64,000 bases of DNA from Alkalispirochaeta sp. (GTDB lineage: Bacteria; Spirochaetota; Spirochaetia; DSM-27196; Alkalispirochaetaceae): contig CBDESZ010000001.1 of NCBI GenBank assembly GCA_965242725.1, positions 58,680-122,679 on the forward strand. Reading direction: 5' to 3'. The translations under genes were made by a program, and so were the position numbers. Below, piece by piece: positions 49,468 to 59,675 of the stretch; positions within the stretch are counted from its first letter, which is position 1; every line of letters starts with the position of its first letter. The notes under the pieces are model-generated. The model made no database searches. It was not told where the DNA came from and worked only from the letters and a program-made list of their open reading frames with translations.

Positions 49468-51051
49468 CTACTTCAATGAAAACCGCTGAAGGTCCGCCCG
49501 CAGGTCCGACAGGAACTCCTCGGGCGGCCCGCCGACGGCGCCCCCGGTGCCCCCGGCGCTTCCCAACAGATTGAATCGCTCCTGCGGGTCTTCGCGGTAG
49601 TCAAAAAGTTCTTCATGCAGAACGCGACGATCTTGGTCAATGTAACAGGTATAGCGGTAACGGCCGGTACGAACGGTGTGCGCCTCCGCGTATGCATGGA
49701 CACGGTCATGCCACATGTGACGCCGATGGGCGTAGACCCTGTCCTTTGCTCCGTTTCGAGGGGAGGACGCCGGCGACGCGTCTCCGTCCCGCTGCCCCGC
49801 CGCCTCCGACACATCGCCGCCGGCGGTCAACAGCCCGTCAAAGGCGGCACCGTCCACATGGTCGGGAACGGGAATCCCCGCGAGCCGGCAGAGCGTCGGA
49901 AAGAGATCAACATGCTCGGTCATTGCGTCTACCCGCCCGCCCGGTCGTCCGGGAACGCCCACAAAGAGGGGCACTTGCAGGGACTGCTCCCAGAGATTGT
50001 GCTTACCCCAGTAGCCGTGGTGGCCGTCGTGAAATCCATGGTCCGAGGTGATGACGACGATCGTATCGTCGCCGTGTCCCGACCGCCCCAGGGCGTCAAG
50101 AATAATTCCGATCTGGCGATCCGTATAACTCACCGTGGCATAGTGTCCGTGGAGAAGCTCCCGGGACTGCGCCTCATCGGCGTGCCAGGGCTTTGTGTAT
50201 CCGTCGGTCGTGTAAAACTGTGACGGTTCGCTGTCTCCCTCGGCCCACTCGGTCGTACCGACAGGCGCCTTCCGGTACGGCGGCAGCGTGAGTGCCTCCC
50301 GGTCATAGCGGTCCCAGTCCCGCGCCGGCGCGCGGAACGGCGTATGGCCGGAGACAAAGCCCACCGCGAGAAAGAACGGCTCGGAGGACGCCTCGTTGGA
50401 CAATCCTCGCCGCCCCAGAAGCCACTCCGCGGCGGCATTGGCGGCGACCCCGTCGGGATATCCCGTATCGGGGCCCTCGTACCGCTCCACCGCCGGTCCC
50501 CGGGCACGCCGCTCCGTTGCCGGATCGTCAAGCTGCTCCTCCGTGACGCCCGCCGCCTGCAGCGCCCGCCAGCGCCGGACGATCACCTCTTTGGCTTCCT
50601 GAGTGCGCCACCCCAGACGCAGGCGTTCCGGTACGTCATCGTAGCCGTCATTCTCATCGGCCCATTCCGGCACCTGCCGGTGCCCCGCATTCCACGACGG
50701 CCCGTCCACGGCATCGTGGTAGACAAACCCGAATGCCCTGGTCGTATACCCGGCGTTGCCGAACGCCTCCGGGAGCGTTGCGGGCTCATATCCCGTACGC
50801 CGCCGAAACTCGTCAAAGAAGGGCCTGTTATCGTAGCGCTGCGTCGTCGGGGGACGGCAGCCGGTAAAGAGGGAGGCCCGGGAGGGACCGCACAGCGGCC
50901 ATTGACAGTAGTGATTGTGAAAATGAAAAGCCTCCCGGCAAAAGCGGTCGATATGGGGCGTCATTGCCTCATTGTTGCCGTATACGGGAAAGCGTCGTCC
51001 GATGTCGTGGGATATGAGGAAGAGTACGTTTTTTCCGTTCCGTCCGCTCAT
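49468..51051 (-). CDS. Cys-type sulfatase (iduronate-2-sulfatase-like)
   Basis: 'LCGPSRASLFTG', 'SDHGFH..HGYWGKH'. Confidence 0.88.
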   Translation of the reverse strand: MSGRNGKNVLFLISHDIGRRFPVYGNNEAMTPHIDRFCREAFHFHNHYCQWPLCGPSRASLFTGCRPPTTQRYDNRPFFDEFRRRTGYEPATLPEAFGNAGYTTRAFGFVYHDAVDGPSWNAGHRQVPEWADENDGYDDVPERLRLGWRTQEAKEVIVRRWRALQAAGVTEEQLDDPATERRARGPAVERYEGPDTGYPDGVAANAAAEWLLGRRGLSNEASSEPFFLAVGFVSGHTPFRAPARDWDRYDREALTLPPYRKAPVGTTEWAEGDSEPSQFYTTDGYTKPWHADEAQSRELLHGHYATVSYTDRQIGIILDALGRSGHGDDTIVVITSDHGFHDGHHGYWGKHNLWEQSLQVPLFVGVPGRPGGRVDAMTEHVDLFPTLCRLAGIPVPDHVDGAAFDGLLTAGGDVSEAAGQRDGDASPASSPRNGAKDRVYAHRRHMWHDRVHAYAEAHTVRTGRYRYTCYIDQDRRVLHEELFDYREDPQERFNLLGSAGGTGGAVGGPPEEFLSDLRADLQRFSLK

Positions 51052-51066
51052 GGGTGCGTCCTTTTC

Positions 51067-51972
51067 TCAATGGAGGAGTTGCGCCGTCGTCTCGATCACG
51101 CGGTCGATCAATTCATCGGCAATGCGTTCATGGATCGGGTCAAAGGAGATTCCCGGCGCCCGACAATGCCGTGTGGGATAAATACCCTGGCGCTGAAGGA
51201 GCCGCTTGAAGAAATAGATCGAAATGTCGAGATGCTGATTCGAAAACGCGAGAACCGGAACGATCGAATCAAAGAGACGCCGGGCGCCGTCCCGGTCGCC
51301 TCGTTTGTAGCGCCGGACAATCTCCGTGTAGATTTCATGCATTCCCGTGGGCATGAGGGTGTCCACCCCCCTGTCGAGGGCTTCTATCATCTGTGTGACC
51401 GCCCAGCCCCCGGCAACGTGGATGTTCCGGTCACACGCGTCAAGCACCCGGGTATACTTGTATCCCGCCGGTACGACTTCGATCTTGATCGACTGAAACG
51501 TCGGAAGCTCGGCAAAGAGGCGCGCAATGGACTCCACCGGGGCGCCGTACCCGCGGGCGTCCCAATCCTGGATCATCAGCGGGGCGCCCGCCAGGGCAAC
51601 CGCCCGGAGCTCCCGCTCCCACGTCGGGATGTCGTAAAAGGGAATCGCCACAAGCGCCGCGTCGCTCCCGGCGTTCATCACCCGGTCGATCCACCGGAGG
51701 CGTTCGGCGGTGGTCGGTGCCGAGGCGCCGCCGATGACGGGGACTTGACCTGATACGGTCCCGACGACACGCTTCACGATCTCCTCCCGCTCAGTTTCCG
51801 TGAGCGCATCCACCTCCGACGCCATCGCAGGCACCAGAAAGCCTGCCACCCCCGCCTGAAGGGCGCTCTCGACGTTACGTTCAAGGGCGCCCAGGTCAAC
51901 CGTGTCGTCGTCGGTAAAGGGAGTATTGAGAACGGTGACAATTCCGGAGAGCCGCGATTTGAGGTCGACCAT
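51067..51972 (-). CDS. DapA-fold lyase/dehydratase, AraD-like subgroup
   Basis: 'PAMASE', 'MIQD' (Gln at the Tyr position), Schiff-base 'IKIE'. Confidence 0.8.
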   Translation of the reverse strand: MVDLKSRLSGIVTVLNTPFTDDDTVDLGALERNVESALQAGVAGFLVPAMASEVDALTETEREEIVKRVVGTVSGQVPVIGGASAPTTAERLRWIDRVMNAGSDAALVAIPFYDIPTWERELRAVALAGAPLMIQDWDARGYGAPVESIARLFAELPTFQSIKIEVVPAGYKYTRVLDACDRNIHVAGGWAVTQMIEALDRGVDTLMPTGMHEIYTEIVRRYKRGDRDGARRLFDSIVPVLAFSNQHLDISIYFFKRLLQRQGIYPTRHCRAPGISFDPIHERIADELIDRVIETTAQLLH

Positions 51973-51981
51973 CGCCGGTCC

Positions 51982-52884
51982 CTATATCGCCAGCTTCAGG
52001 TCTTTTGCCACCTTGCGAAGCGCAGCGATCTCGCCGGAGGTGAGATCGTGGGCGGCGATATGCATGCGGTGGTTGCCCCGACCCTGCAACGCCGCGGCGC
52101 TCTTGATTGCGGGGAGGACCTTTCCGTTGCAGGCGGGAATGATCCGCGCCAGATCGTTGATGCGGCGCTGGCACTCCCGGACCGTCTCCCAGTCGTCGTC
52201 CTTCACCGCCGCATACATCCTCACGTACGGCGCTATCTCGACATTTCCGAGGCCGGTGACGATCGCCGGTGCTCCCATGGCAAACGACGGCGCATCCAGA
52301 AGGTCTTCACCCTGGACCCAGGCAAACCCGTTGCGCAGGGTGAGTATCCCCTGGGTATACCCCTTGAAATCGCCGGAACTGTCCTTTATACCGACGATGT
52401 TTGGATGGTCCGCGAGCTTGAGCACCGTATCGACGTGGATCGGGTTGTGGGTGTTCTGGGGGATGTTGTAGAGCATAAACGGCACGGGACTCGCGTCGGC
52501 GAGGGTCCTGTAGTGGGTGACGATCCCCTCCTGATCGGTGGGCATGTAAAAGGGCGTTACCGAGGCGACGTAGGCGACGGCGGTCCCTTTCAGCGTCTTG
52601 AGCTCCTCAAGTGTCTGATGGGTTCCGGGCCTCGCGATCACGGCGTACATGGTCACCGCCTCCCCGACGATGCGCTCCACCGTCTCGACCGCCTTGAGGC
52701 GTTCGTCCATGGTGACGTAGGCGCCCTCTGCAGTGGTACCGGTCAGAAATACCCCGTTGACGCCGCCGTTGACGAGATACTCGATCTGCCGGGCAAATCC
52801 GTCGTAGTCAAACTTCCGCTCTTCGTCAAATACGCTGATCGGTGCGGGAATAATTCCTTCAATGGGTCGCTCCGTACGTTTCAT
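51982..52884 (-). CDS. DapA/NanA-family aldolase
   Basis: 'GTTAEG', 'LYNIP', 'GIKDSSGD'. Confidence 0.9.
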   Translation of the reverse strand: MKRTERPIEGIIPAPISVFDEERKFDYDGFARQIEYLVNGGVNGVFLTGTTAEGAYVTMDERLKAVETVERIVGEAVTMYAVIARPGTHQTLEELKTLKGTAVAYVASVTPFYMPTDQEGIVTHYRTLADASPVPFMLYNIPQNTHNPIHVDTVLKLADHPNIVGIKDSSGDFKGYTQGILTLRNGFAWVQGEDLLDAPSFAMGAPAIVTGLGNVEIAPYVRMYAAVKDDDWETVRECQRRINDLARIIPACNGKVLPAIKSAAALQGRGNHRMHIAAHDLTSGEIAALRKVAKDLKLAI

Positions 52885-52897
52885 CACTCCTCCTTCG

Positions 52898-54397
52898 TCA
52901 CGTTGTAAGCCTGTTATCCAACTGGTCTGCGGGCCCCGGTCTCCTTTCTCCTCCCCGGCTGGCGGAGTTACGCTGTTCCTTCAGGAAGAACCATTCCGTG
53001 AGCCCCTCCGTGAGGCGGAGCCGCGTCTCCCCATACTCCGGGTTGTCAAAGAGATCATTCAACTCCTGCGGGTCGGCGTGGAGATCGTAGAGTTCGCCCT
53101 CCGGTGATTCACCGTGATACAGGGACAGCTTGAACCGTCCGTCGCAGATCATCGTTGCGTCGATCGGCGGATCCCACGGTTCTTTCCCGTCGCTGATGCC
53201 GGAATTTCGGTATGCGGTGACCGCGTAGTCGTGTACGCGGTGTACCTCCCCCTTCGTCAGCGGGAGAAGGTCCCGTGAATCGGGCATGAGATAGTCGAAT
53301 TTTGCCCGCGGCACTTCCGCAGCGGAGAGGATCGTCCGGGCGATATCGTGGGGTTGCACCGGGGTGTCGATGACCGTCCCTTCCGGTACGTGTCCCGGCC
53401 AACGCATGAGGAAGGGAACCCGGGAACAGGCGTCGTAAAAGTACGCGCCCTTCACCACCAGATCGTGATCCCCCAGCATATCTCCGTGGTCGCTCACAAA
53501 AAGTATGAGCGTGTTGTCGGCAACTCCTGCCTCCTCAAGAGCGTCCAGCACCCGTCCCACTTCCAGATCGATCAACGCAACGGAGGCAAAGTATCCCCGT
53601 CGCATCGCAGCGATCTCCTCATCTGAAAACTCCTCAAAGGCGCCCAGATAGGAGCGGCGACGCTCCCACTCCACCCCCGCCGGTCGGTTGCGACGCTGAT
53701 CGGAAAGCGGCGGCGGCATGCGGCTTTCGTCGATTCGATCAAGCATCTCCGGTGGATAGTCCTCATAGGGATTGTGGGGGTCAAAGACGCTCATGCAGAC
53801 AAAGAACGGATTGTCCCCGACGCCGTCCCGGACTGAACGATCGATGAAATTGACCGTGCGTTCCGCCGCCCAGTGGGTAAAGTGCGCCTCCCGCGGGTGG
53901 TGCAGCACATTTCGCCCCCGTTTCTGGAGATCGTCGTAAAAGTCGGGATGGTGTTCCTTCAGCCAACGGCTGTATCCATTAAAGGGGGAATCGAGATGGA
54001 TCGCCGCCTCGATCGCCCACTCATACTCGTCAAACCCGTCGTTGCGATGTCGCTGCTCCGCCTCAAAGAGGCGGCTGCTTGTGTGGAGCTTTCCAAACAG
54101 CGCCGTCCGGTATCCCTCCTCCTGCAGGTGCCGGGGGAAGAAAACGGCGTCTTCCGGCATGAGATCGTAAAGGCGATAGACGCCGTGATCGGGCAGCTCC
54201 CGGCCGGTCCAAATGGAGGCGCGGCTGGGCGTGCACACAGGATTGTTCACGTAGCACCGGTCAAAGCGCACTCCTTCCGCGGCGAGACGATCGAGATGCG
54301 GCGTCTGCACCCAGTCCGCACCATAACACCCGAGGGAATCCCACCGCTGCTGGTCGGTGAGGAACAGGACGATATTCGGTCGCTGCCGTACGCTCAT
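52898..54397 (-). CDS. Cys-type sulfatase
   Basis: 'PNIVLFLTDQQR', 'VCTPSRASIWTG', 'GKLH', 'SDHGDMLGDH'. Confidence 0.92.
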   Translation of the reverse strand: MSVRQRPNIVLFLTDQQRWDSLGCYGADWVQTPHLDRLAAEGVRFDRCYVNNPVCTPSRASIWTGRELPDHGVYRLYDLMPEDAVFFPRHLQEEGYRTALFGKLHTSSRLFEAEQRHRNDGFDEYEWAIEAAIHLDSPFNGYSRWLKEHHPDFYDDLQKRGRNVLHHPREAHFTHWAAERTVNFIDRSVRDGVGDNPFFVCMSVFDPHNPYEDYPPEMLDRIDESRMPPPLSDQRRNRPAGVEWERRRSYLGAFEEFSDEEIAAMRRGYFASVALIDLEVGRVLDALEEAGVADNTLILFVSDHGDMLGDHDLVVKGAYFYDACSRVPFLMRWPGHVPEGTVIDTPVQPHDIARTILSAAEVPRAKFDYLMPDSRDLLPLTKGEVHRVHDYAVTAYRNSGISDGKEPWDPPIDATMICDGRFKLSLYHGESPEGELYDLHADPQELNDLFDNPEYGETRLRLTEGLTEWFFLKEQRNSASRGGERRPGPADQLDNRLTT

Positions 54398-54450
54398 CGC
54401 CTCTCTCCTCGCGGCCTCATTCCCCGTTTCACCTCTCGCTCCGGCATGCC

Positions 54451-55737
54451 TCACCCCCACAGCAGATTGGGCAGAAAGAGAACGATCCCCGGCACATAGG
54501 TGATGAGAAGGAGCACCCCGATCATGACCACCACGATGGGAATTGCCTCACGGATCACCGCCTTGAGAGGTGTGTCGGAAATCCCGCTGACGATAAAGAG
54601 GAGCACCCCGAAGGGCGGTGTGGAAAGACCGATCATCATGTTGAGGACCACCACAACTCCGAAATGAACGAGATCGATTCCAAGGGTCTCAACAAGGGGC
54701 AGGACCATTGGTATGAAGACCACCGTGATCGTCGAGGTATCAATAAACATCCCGAGCACGAGAAAGAGGATGTTTATGAGCAGGAGCAGGACGTATTTAT
54801 TGGTGGTCATGTCGAGGAGAACCGCCGCAAACATATCGGGAACGTTCTCTATGGCAACGACGTAGGCGGTGGTAAAGGCGCTGCCCACGATAATTGAGAC
54901 CGCCCCGGTCCGGCGCACCGTGTCCATGACGATCTTCCACAGATGGCGGACGCCGAGGGCACGATAGACCAGCATGGAGATAACCAGGGCGTAGAGCCCC
55001 GCGAGAGCTCCCGCTTCCGTCGGCGTCACCACGCCGGTATAGATACCCGCCAGAAGAATGACCGGCGTCATCAGCGCCGGAAAGGAGCGCAGGGTGATGC
55101 GCAGAAACTGCCTGAACGAGACAACCTCCCCACGGGGGTAGTCCCGGCGACGGGCGACAAAGGCGACGTAGCCCATGAGGGCGACGCCGAGGATGACTCC
55201 GGGCACCATACCCCCGAGAAAGAGCGCGCCGATGGAGGTCCCCGAGAGCATCGCGTAAAAGACCATGGGAATGCTGGGAGGAAAGATGGGACCGATCGTC
55301 GCGGACCCGGCGGTAATTGCACAGCTGAATCCGTCGTCATAGCCGTACTTGCGCATCGCTTCGATTTCCATCATCCCCAGGCCCGACGCATCGGCAACGG
55401 CGGAGCCGGTCATCCCGGAAAAGATGAACGACGCCACGACGTTCACATGTCCCATCCCGCCCCGCATGCGTCCCACCAGTCCGTTGGCAAAGCCGAAAAG
55501 AAGGTCAGTAATCTTTCCGCTGTTCATGACGTTGGCGGTGAAAATAAAGAGGGGCACGGCGATAATGATGAACTTCACATAGAGGTTGGACATCATCGAC
55601 TCCGCGACGAGACCGATGTCGCGTCCGGTGATGAGCATGTAAATAATCGCGTTTGCAATCAGTCCAAAAGCGATGGGGATACGAAGCACAAAGATCAGCA
55701 CAAAAAAGACGGCGAAAATCAGCAGGGGTATGTTCAT
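54451..55737 (-). CDS. dctM: TRAP transporter large permease
   Basis: 'AVPLFI', 'SGMTGSAVADA', 'PIFPPSIP', 'TPTEAG', 'TPPFG'. Confidence 0.95.
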   Translation of the reverse strand: MNIPLLIFAVFFVLIFVLRIPIAFGLIANAIIYMLITGRDIGLVAESMMSNLYVKFIIIAVPLFIFTANVMNSGKITDLLFGFANGLVGRMRGGMGHVNVVASFIFSGMTGSAVADASGLGMMEIEAMRKYGYDDGFSCAITAGSATIGPIFPPSIPMVFYAMLSGTSIGALFLGGMVPGVILGVALMGYVAFVARRRDYPRGEVVSFRQFLRITLRSFPALMTPVILLAGIYTGVVTPTEAGALAGLYALVISMLVYRALGVRHLWKIVMDTVRRTGAVSIIVGSAFTTAYVVAIENVPDMFAAVLLDMTTNKYVLLLLINILFLVLGMFIDTSTITVVFIPMVLPLVETLGIDLVHFGVVVVLNMMIGLSTPPFGVLLFIVSGISDTPLKAVIREAIPIVVVMIGVLLLITYVPGIVLFLPNLLWG

Positions 55738-56294
55738 ACGATGATATCCTTTTCGTCGACCTGGTCGCCCGCGCTGGCATCCGGGGAATCATCGCCCCGG
55801 AGCCATCCCCGGATATCGATGACGATATCGTACAGGGAATGCCCCGCAACGAGGATGAGAAAGGGAACAACCGGAAAGTAGCCGATGCTGAAGGGAATCT
55901 TCAGGTTGGCCGTCGCTTTGAAATCCATAAAGAGGACCCAGTCCAGACTGGCAGGTATGGCGACGACGAATGTCAGCAGAACCGCCGAGTTTGCCAGAAT
56001 CCGGGAGAGGCGCTGTTTGCCCGGAGAGAGGGAATCATAGACGAGGGTGAACTCCACATGAGCGCCGATACGGCGTACATACGTTGCGGCGAAGATCGCG
56101 GTCCAGACAAAGCTGAGGGTGATCAGCTCGTAGGGCCACGTGAGCGGTGCGTTCAGAACGTAACGAAAAAAGACGTTCAGCACAAACAACAGAAAAAGCA
56201 TGACAAACGCCGCCATCGGCAGATAGAGCTCGACAACGTCCAGAAGAAAAAGGAGTACCCGTCCGAGGGCGCTTTGGCGAAACTTGTTACTCAT
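55734..56294 (-). CDS. dctQ: TRAP transporter small permease
   Basis: Four TM; 'VFFRYVLNAPLTWPYEL'. Confidence 0.9.
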   Translation of the reverse strand: MSNKFRQSALGRVLLFLLDVVELYLPMAAFVMLFLLFVLNVFFRYVLNAPLTWPYELITLSFVWTAIFAATYVRRIGAHVEFTLVYDSLSPGKQRLSRILANSAVLLTFVVAIPASLDWVLFMDFKATANLKIPFSIGYFPVVPFLILVAGHSLYDIVIDIRGWLRGDDSPDASAGDQVDEKDIIV

Positions 56295-56329
56295 TGTATA
56301 CCCGTTGATAATTGGGAGCCCATACATAA

Positions 56330-56355
56330 ACGGGGACCCCGATGCGGGCCCCCGT
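56330..56355 (-). terminator. Intercistronic hairpin after dctP
   Basis: ACGGGGGCCC-GCATC-GGGGTCCCCGT then TTAT. Confidence 0.55.
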
Positions 56356-56385
56356 ACCGTTTGCTACCGGCGATAGCGTCGCTGC

Positions 56386-57414
56386 CTACTGCAGAGATTC
56401 GCCTATCTCCTGAATTCGTTCAAAGAGATCCATGTCCCAGCTTGCGGTCATCTCTTCATTATTCATAACCATGTTCAGGGCATACTCTTTGAAGGCTTCC
56501 TGATCGGGCTCTATGATCTCCATGCCTTCACCCTCAAAGAACTCAAGGAGCTCCGCCTCGTTCTGGAGATTGGTGGTGTCACAGAGCTCCCGTGCGGCGG
56601 CGATACCTTCCATGACCCATTCTTTCTGCTGTGCCGACAGGGACTGCCACTTGTCCTCATTGATCACCGGCATGACGGGGTTGATGTAGTGGTTGGTGAG
56701 AATGATGTATTTGGTCACCTCATAAAACTTCGCATTGTAGTCGGTGGGAAGGGGATTATCCTGCCCGTCGATCGTGCCGGTCTGGAGGGCAAGATATACC
56801 TCGGAGAAAGAGAGGGGAGTCGGATTGGCACCGAGGGCGCGTCCCATGAACTGCCACGTTTCAGTTCCCGGCATCCGGAGCTTTACACCTTCCATATCTT
56901 CAGGCGTACGGACGACCCGACCGATATCCCGCAGGTTCAGTTGACGTGTACCGAGATAAAAGGCACCAAGGGAGCGGACGCCGAGTTCCGCAATGATATC
57001 CTCGTTGAGGCGGTCAGCAATATCCCCGTTGAGGGCGGTGGACATGTGCTCGTAGCTGTCAAAAATGTACGGGGCCGCAAACATCGAGACGTAGGGAACA
57101 AACTGGGCAAGCCAGTTGGGGCCGGCGTAGGCGATATCGATATTGCCCCGACGCACCGACGGCAGCAGCTGGTCCTGAACGATCAGCTCACCCGCGGGAA
57201 AGACCTCAACCTGTATCTCTCCGCCGGAAATATCTTCCACAACTTTCTCAAACTCGTACATCGCCTGGGTATGTGCGTCATTTGGGACGCTGACGGAGGC
57301 CCAGGTGAGCGTTACCGGTCCTCCCGATGCCTGGGCGCCCTCCTGGACACCGGAGGCAAAGACCATCGCCGCGGTTGCGAGGGAAACGATCAATACCAAT
57401 GCAATTTTTTTCAT
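56386..57414 (-). CDS. dctP: TRAP substrate-binding protein (DctP/SiaP-like)
   Basis: 'GVKLRMP', 'FSEVYLALQTGTIDGQDNP', 'KFYEV'; spirochaete-type 'FASGVQE'. Confidence 0.93.
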   Translation of the reverse strand: MKKIALVLIVSLATAAMVFASGVQEGAQASGGPVTLTWASVSVPNDAHTQAMYEFEKVVEDISGGEIQVEVFPAGELIVQDQLLPSVRRGNIDIAYAGPNWLAQFVPYVSMFAAPYIFDSYEHMSTALNGDIADRLNEDIIAELGVRSLGAFYLGTRQLNLRDIGRVVRTPEDMEGVKLRMPGTETWQFMGRALGANPTPLSFSEVYLALQTGTIDGQDNPLPTDYNAKFYEVTKYIILTNHYINPVMPVINEDKWQSLSAQQKEWVMEGIAAARELCDTTNLQNEAELLEFFEGEGMEIIEPDQEAFKEYALNMVMNNEEMTASWDMDLFERIQEIGESLQ

Positions 57415-57435
57415 ACTGCCCTCCTTCGGTAAGTA

Positions 57436-57511
57436 TTCTTAACTCTAAAACGGCTTTCTATATTCGTCAAACAAAAACTTCATTGACGTCTATCGTTCTA
57501 CATTATAGAAT
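57436..57511. promoter_or_regulatory. Divergent sigma70 promoters and candidate IclR operators
   Basis: TTGACG-17-TAGAGT (-) and TTGACG-17-TAGAAT (+); palindrome TTCTA-CATTA-TAGAA 57496-57510. Confidence 0.7.
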
Positions 57512-57519
57512 ATTTACCG

Positions 57520-58293
57520 ATGATACAGTCGATCATAAAGGCTTTCGACATCCTCCGGCAGTTTTCCATCGATCGCCCGGCCCTCTCCCTGGGAGATATC
57601 TCAAATGCCACGGGGTACCCCAAGACCACCTTGCGGACGATCCTGGCGACACTGGAGTCCGGCGGATACGTCGTCAGAGTTAACGGTATGTATGCCCTTG
57701 GAACTGCGGTCATAGGATTGTCCCAGGCGACGTGGGTCAACGTCGAGATACGGGACCGCGCGGCGCCGGGTCTGCGGGAGCTCGCCGATGCGGTGGGCGA
57801 GTCGGTCTACCTCACCGTCCCCGACGGCAACAGGCTTCTGTACATTTACGCGATCGAATCGTCGCACCGCCTGGAAGCGCGTTCCGCCATCGGAGACCAC
57901 GCCTACTTCCACTCAACGGCGGTGGGAAAGGCGTTTCTCGCCTTTATTCCGCGGGAGGAGCGGGACCGCATCATTAAAGAAACGGGGCTGCCCTCGCGGA
58001 CACCCCAAACGATCGTCGACCCCGCCGCATTTGAGGATGAAATGGAGGCCACCCTGGCGCGAGGCTACTCAATCGACCGCTCTGAAAATGAACCGGTCAC
58101 CTATTGTCTCGGCGCACCCCTCCGCGGCGCCGGCGGCAAGGTCGTCGCCAGTTGCAGCATCAGCGGCAACAACATAGACGTCATCGAAGGACGGCGCGAC
58201 GAGCTGGCGCACCACCTCATCGCCGCCGGCGACCAGATATCCAAACGTCTCGGCTACGTGCCGTCACGGGTACGGGTGCCCGTCGACCGGTAA
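57520..58293 (+). CDS. IclR-family regulator
   Basis: 'IQSIIKAFDIL', HTH, 'HSTAVGKAFLA', 'RGYSIDRSE'. Confidence 0.95.
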   Translation: MIQSIIKAFDILRQFSIDRPALSLGDISNATGYPKTTLRTILATLESGGYVVRVNGMYALGTAVIGLSQATWVNVEIRDRAAPGLRELADAVGESVYLTVPDGNRLLYIYAIESSHRLEARSAIGDHAYFHSTAVGKAFLAFIPREERDRIIKETGLPSRTPQTIVDPAAFEDEMEATLARGYSIDRSENEPVTYCLGAPLRGAGGKVVASCSISGNNIDVIEGRRDELAHHLIAAGDQISKRLGYVPSRVRVPVDR

Positions 58294-59675
58294 CGCCCCC
58301 TCGTCACGTTATCGCGTATCCTGCGAACCACGGGACTTCCAAGCTCGGCGAGGGAACGGCGCAACGCTCTCTCCCGTTCCGCAGAACGCGTCGCGGCGCC
58401 GTAATATTCGGCCTGAACGGCAGAAATGATCGCCTGAATCGGTTGGGTCCGATCGGGTGCCGCGGCGCTCAATCTGCGTCCATACTCACCAAGGGATTCG
58501 CAGGACCTTCTTCGCACTCCCACGTATCGTCCCCAGCGGGTAAGCAGGAAAAATGCCTCGACCGTCGGCGGGAGATTTCTGTTTCTCGGAAAAATCCTCA
58601 CGACGATCGTCCGCGCCCCCGAAATCAGACGGATCAGGTGACGCCTCATCCAGGAAACGACGAGTCCCGGCACGTCCCGAATCTTTGGAAAAGATGACGA
58701 ATCATCGGGGCGTCGCCACAGAGACTTGCCGAGCGCAACGAGTCGGACCCCCAGCAGCCACACGACGATCACGCCAAGGAGACCGACGAAACCCCATGCA
58801 ACTATGCGCCCCATGAGCGAAATGAATGCCCCCGGCTCCACATACTGTTCCACCGCCATATGTGGTGCCTGCCCCTCCGCGGCGGGGACGGCACCGGAAG
58901 GCCCGGTATAACCTCTGCCAAAAATGGCCCGAAGTATCCGGGTTATCCACGGTTCGGAGGCGGCCAACCCTCGGCGCATCGACCGATACGCGCCTCCGGC
59001 CGCGCGCGTCAGGAGCGGGTACAGCCCATAGATCGTCCCGCCGAGAACGATGCCTGCCGTCACGACGGAGATGAGGAAACCGGCGGAAGAGCGACGTTCC
59101 CTCGTCCAGCCGTCATCCCCGCCATCCCCGCCATCCGCGGCGCGTCGTGCCAGCGAAAGGGTCACCGCGCCGACGGCGACATAGAAGATAGCCGTTTGCA
59201 GGAAGTACGGATCGGTCAACTGGAATCCCATACGAACCAGCGCCACCACCGTGACCACACCTATGCCCGTATCAAAGCGCCGGACCGTCCGTGGATACGA
59301 GAGTTCGGTATCCATCCCCAGACGAAAACCCTGTATCCAGAACAATGTGGTGATGAGACCGAGAAATACCGCGGCGACCGGATTATCCCGCAACCACCCC
59401 GTTGCAGCCGCGATGGACCCGGGAGAAAAACCTCCGTAGGTCGCAAAGGAAAGGTGGAGCGAGAGCAACAGCGCCGCAATTGATGCACCGAGGGTGGTGA
59501 GCCTTCGTACCCGCACGGTTGTGGACAGCCGATAGAGGACGAGAGGCATAAAAAGTGCGAGGAGCGCTCCCCCCGCCGGGACGGGCACGGAGCCGACAAT
59601 GAGAATGACCAGAGATGCGCCGACGTACAGGCTCGTCCACTCCATCACCGCCGTAGAAAACCGGAGCGTCTTCAT
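58254..59675 (-). CDS. Multi-TM protein with C-terminal DUF4129-like domain
   Basis: Many TM helices; 'RRSCESLGEYGRRL...AEYYG'; coupled to DUF58 gene (TGATG). Confidence 0.7.
   Translation of the reverse strand: MKTLRFSTAVMEWTSLYVGASLVILIVGSVPVPAGGALLALFMPLVLYRLSTTVRVRRLTTLGASIAALLLSLHLSFATYGGFSPGSIAAATGWLRDNPVAAVFLGLITTLFWIQGFRLGMDTELSYPRTVRRFDTGIGVVTVVALVRMGFQLTDPYFLQTAIFYVAVGAVTLSLARRAADGGDGGDDGWTRERRSSAGFLISVVTAGIVLGGTIYGLYPLLTRAAGGAYRSMRRGLAASEPWITRILRAIFGRGYTGPSGAVPAAEGQAPHMAVEQYVEPGAFISLMGRIVAWGFVGLLGVIVVWLLGVRLVALGKSLWRRPDDSSSFPKIRDVPGLVVSWMRRHLIRLISGARTIVVRIFPRNRNLPPTVEAFFLLTRWGRYVGVRRRSCESLGEYGRRLSAAAPDRTQPIQAIISAVQAEYYGAATRSAERERALRRSLAELGSPVVRRIRDNVTRGRYRSTGTRTRDGT

Noticed and set aside
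59110..59136. 9-bp tandem repeat (CCGYCATCC)x3; also a 15-bp-period repeat at about 13599-13625
   Set aside because: In-frame low-complexity linkers, not CRISPR or contingency loci
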